A stretch of DNA of 64,000 bases from Salpingoeca rosetta. Taxonomy: Eukaryota > Protista > Choanoflagellata. The translations under genes and the position numbers were made by a program. Where the stretch lies: positions 1,310,123 through 1,374,122 of the forward strand of contig JAWQFM010000008.1 in the NCBI GenBank assembly GCA_033442325.1, read 5' to 3'. Shown one piece after another: positions 62,188 to 64,000 of the stretch. The notes under the pieces are model-generated. The model was not told where the DNA came from. It was given only the letters and a program-made list of their open reading frames with translations, and did not search any database. How positions within the stretch are numbered: the stretch's first letter is position 1; each line of letters begins with the position of its first letter.

Positions 62188-63262
62188 GACACACTCATAC
62201 ACTCATAGACACCCACTCATACACCCATGCACGCAGACACACACACCCACTTATACACTCATGCACACGCTCATACACTCATACACCCATGCACACACAC
62301 TCACAAACACAGACAGAGACACAGACTGACAATGCCGATGGTCGTGCTGATCTCTGGGACAAAGAAGGTGACGGGTTGCGGCGGCGCCTGGTTCATGGCA
62401 GAGTCAGTGCCGAAGATGTGCGCCTTGTGGTATTTGGCGATGAGCTGCCCGCTCGGCGCAAACACCACGAGCGTGTTGTACAGGTACACGCCGTCGTCAG
62501 GGCAGGCTGCGGCGTCGCTGTGTTGGTTGCACGGCACGCGGTCAACGACGCTTGCAGCCAGGTACACGTGCTGCCGATGAGCGAGGCACGACAACTGTCG
62601 CGGCAGGTTGAACCCGACCTGCTTCTGCTGTGTGCTGGTAGTGCACGGGTTTGTGCCATTATGGAACGGGGTGCTGAGGTTGAAGACGGCCGGGCGAAAA
62701 GGGAGGGCCTGGCCCCACAGCACAGCTTCAGGGAAGAGCACCAAGTCGCAGGCGGCAGTTGGGTCACGCTGAAGCTTGCTGACAGCCACGTCCATCTGTT
62801 CCACCACCCTCTGCAGCAACTCCTCCCAGTCATCCGACGGCTGTGATCTATTCAAACCGAATAATTCCGGGGGGGGGGGAGGCGGAGCAAGGAAGCATTT
62901 GTGAGTGAGCAAACTGTGCGCGAAAGGGAGTAAGGGGGGAGGGGAGGACAACAGCCAAGACACGAGGGCGTGCGATTCCTCCACACTCCCAGGCCATCCA
63001 TTGTTCAAGTGTGCAGGACGCACCCTGGAGCTTGTTGAATTGCCCACAGCTTGCATGACGCGTTCTCCTTCTGGATGGCCTGTACATCATGCACACCAGC
63101 TGCTAGTGCTGCACTTGTGCCAGCATCCGCGGCGCCGACGCAGCTCAGCAGCAGCAGCAGGAGCAGCACTACCACCACAAGCGGCAGCGGCGATGCCAGT
63201 GCAGCTGCCACACGCGCACGCACACAACTTGCGTGGCGCGACGTCCACGACATCATCGTCAT
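60130..63262 (-). CDS. Vanin/biotinidase-like nitrilase-superfamily amidohydrolase, secreted
   Basis: Signal peptide; catalytic triad in DLVLFPE, AKYHKAH and LICYDMEF; LSCLA..VYL..CP.DG.YLYNT.VVF..G.LIAKY typical of vanins; C-terminal base-like domain with a poly-Asn insert. The last exon (ending at 60130) is tentative; the alternative stop is at 60632. Confidence 0.82.
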
Positions 63263-63339
63263 CTTGGACGTTGACATTTATTTGGTAACATTGCAATTAA
63301 TCTACAAACGCCACTTCACCCGCTCCTGCCTCTCACTCT

Positions 63340-64000
63340 TCACTGCTCCGCTCGCTGCCGTTCATGTCGACGTCGTCGAAGCGCGGGTGAGGTGGTGGAT
63401 GAGGTGGTGGCGAGGGAAGGAGCGGGCCCAAGCGAGGACGACTGTTGTGCGTGGTCGTCACGGTACTCTCCATCTCCCCCACCAGCAACATGTCCAATGT
63501 CTCTTCTTCGTCGACCTTCTTCGTGCAGCACATCCTCTGCATCACTCATCTCCCCTGCGTCATTTTCACCACCGTTGTCATCAGCGCCCTCGTGGCTGCC
63601 CTTGGACCGTGTGTGCGCACGGGCAATGTTGATAGACGAGGTGTGTTGGCGCTCCCTTGTCCTCTCCGGCTCGTCATTGCTGCTGTCATCATCATCATCA
63701 TCATCATCATCAGCATCACCACCACCACCAACAGCGTGTCTGGCTCGCTGTCGTGATTCCCGCTGCAGCCGATGCGCGAGCTCGTCCACATCAACGGCAC
63801 CCGCGCCCCCAGTGTTGTCATCGCCACCGGGCAAGACGTCCATGTCCAGCTCTGGGTTGTACACCAGACCTGCAACAGCAAGCGCGTATGCGTGTGTGTC
63901 GGTGCATGGTGCGTGGTGCGTGAGTAATGCGAGAAGGAGAGCATGCGCGCGAATATCGACACAATACAGCAAACGCACACACATACACAAAAAGCCAACC
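63340..64000 (-). CDS. 3' end of an unidentified gene (acidic, low-complexity terminal exon 63340-63869)
   Basis: Acceptor ttgcag|GTCTGG.. opens a long stop-free exon (LVYNPELDMDVLPGG...RAEQ*). The rest lies outside the window. Confidence 0.55.
   Translation of the reverse strand, partial: VGFLCMCVRLLYCVDIRAHALLLALLTHHAPCTDTHAYALAVAGLVYNPELDMDVLPGGDDNTGGAGAVDVDELAHRLQRESRQRARHAVGGGGDADDDDDDDDDSSNDEPERTRERQHTSSINIARAHTRSKGSHEGADDNGGENDAGEMSDAEDVLHEEGRRRRDIGHVAGGGDGEYRDDHAQQSSSLGPAPSLATTSSTTSPALRRRRHERQRAEQ

Overview
Intron-rich, GC-rich eukaryotic DNA with (GT)n/(CA)n microsatellites in most introns. Gene content and style suggest a choanoflagellate, most like Salpingoeca rosetta (inference). 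Most short six-frame ORFs are microsatellite artefacts. Hand-splicing supports about 17 protein genes: a WD40 protein, DENR, a type-B carboxylesterase, a C-type lectin/ST-mucin/vWA protein, a beta-lactamase-family hydrolase, CPSF4, a NOG1::sterol-oxidase chimera, an NMNAT-like protein, NOG1, a SMARCAL1-like helicase, TopBP1, SYAP1, a dynein-MTBD-like protein, UAP1, a GT8 glycosyltransferase, a vanin/biotinidase-like protein and one partial gene. The window also holds an intact DD82E (Sailor-type) IS630-Tc1-mariner transposon with perfect 27-bp TIRs, a tRNA-Asn(GTT), three intronic C/D-box snoRNA candidates in NOG1 and two assembly gaps. The top finding is a local duplicate of the NOG1 GTPase domain fused in frame, inside one exon, to an ERG25-like di-iron sterol oxidase. 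The copy carries a G3 DTPG>DTPA change equivalent to the known dominant-negative Nog1 switch-II mutation, and it alternates between diverged and near-identical tracts relative to the parent gene. The second finding is a motor-less protein ending in two tandem dynein microtubule-binding-domain-like repeats.
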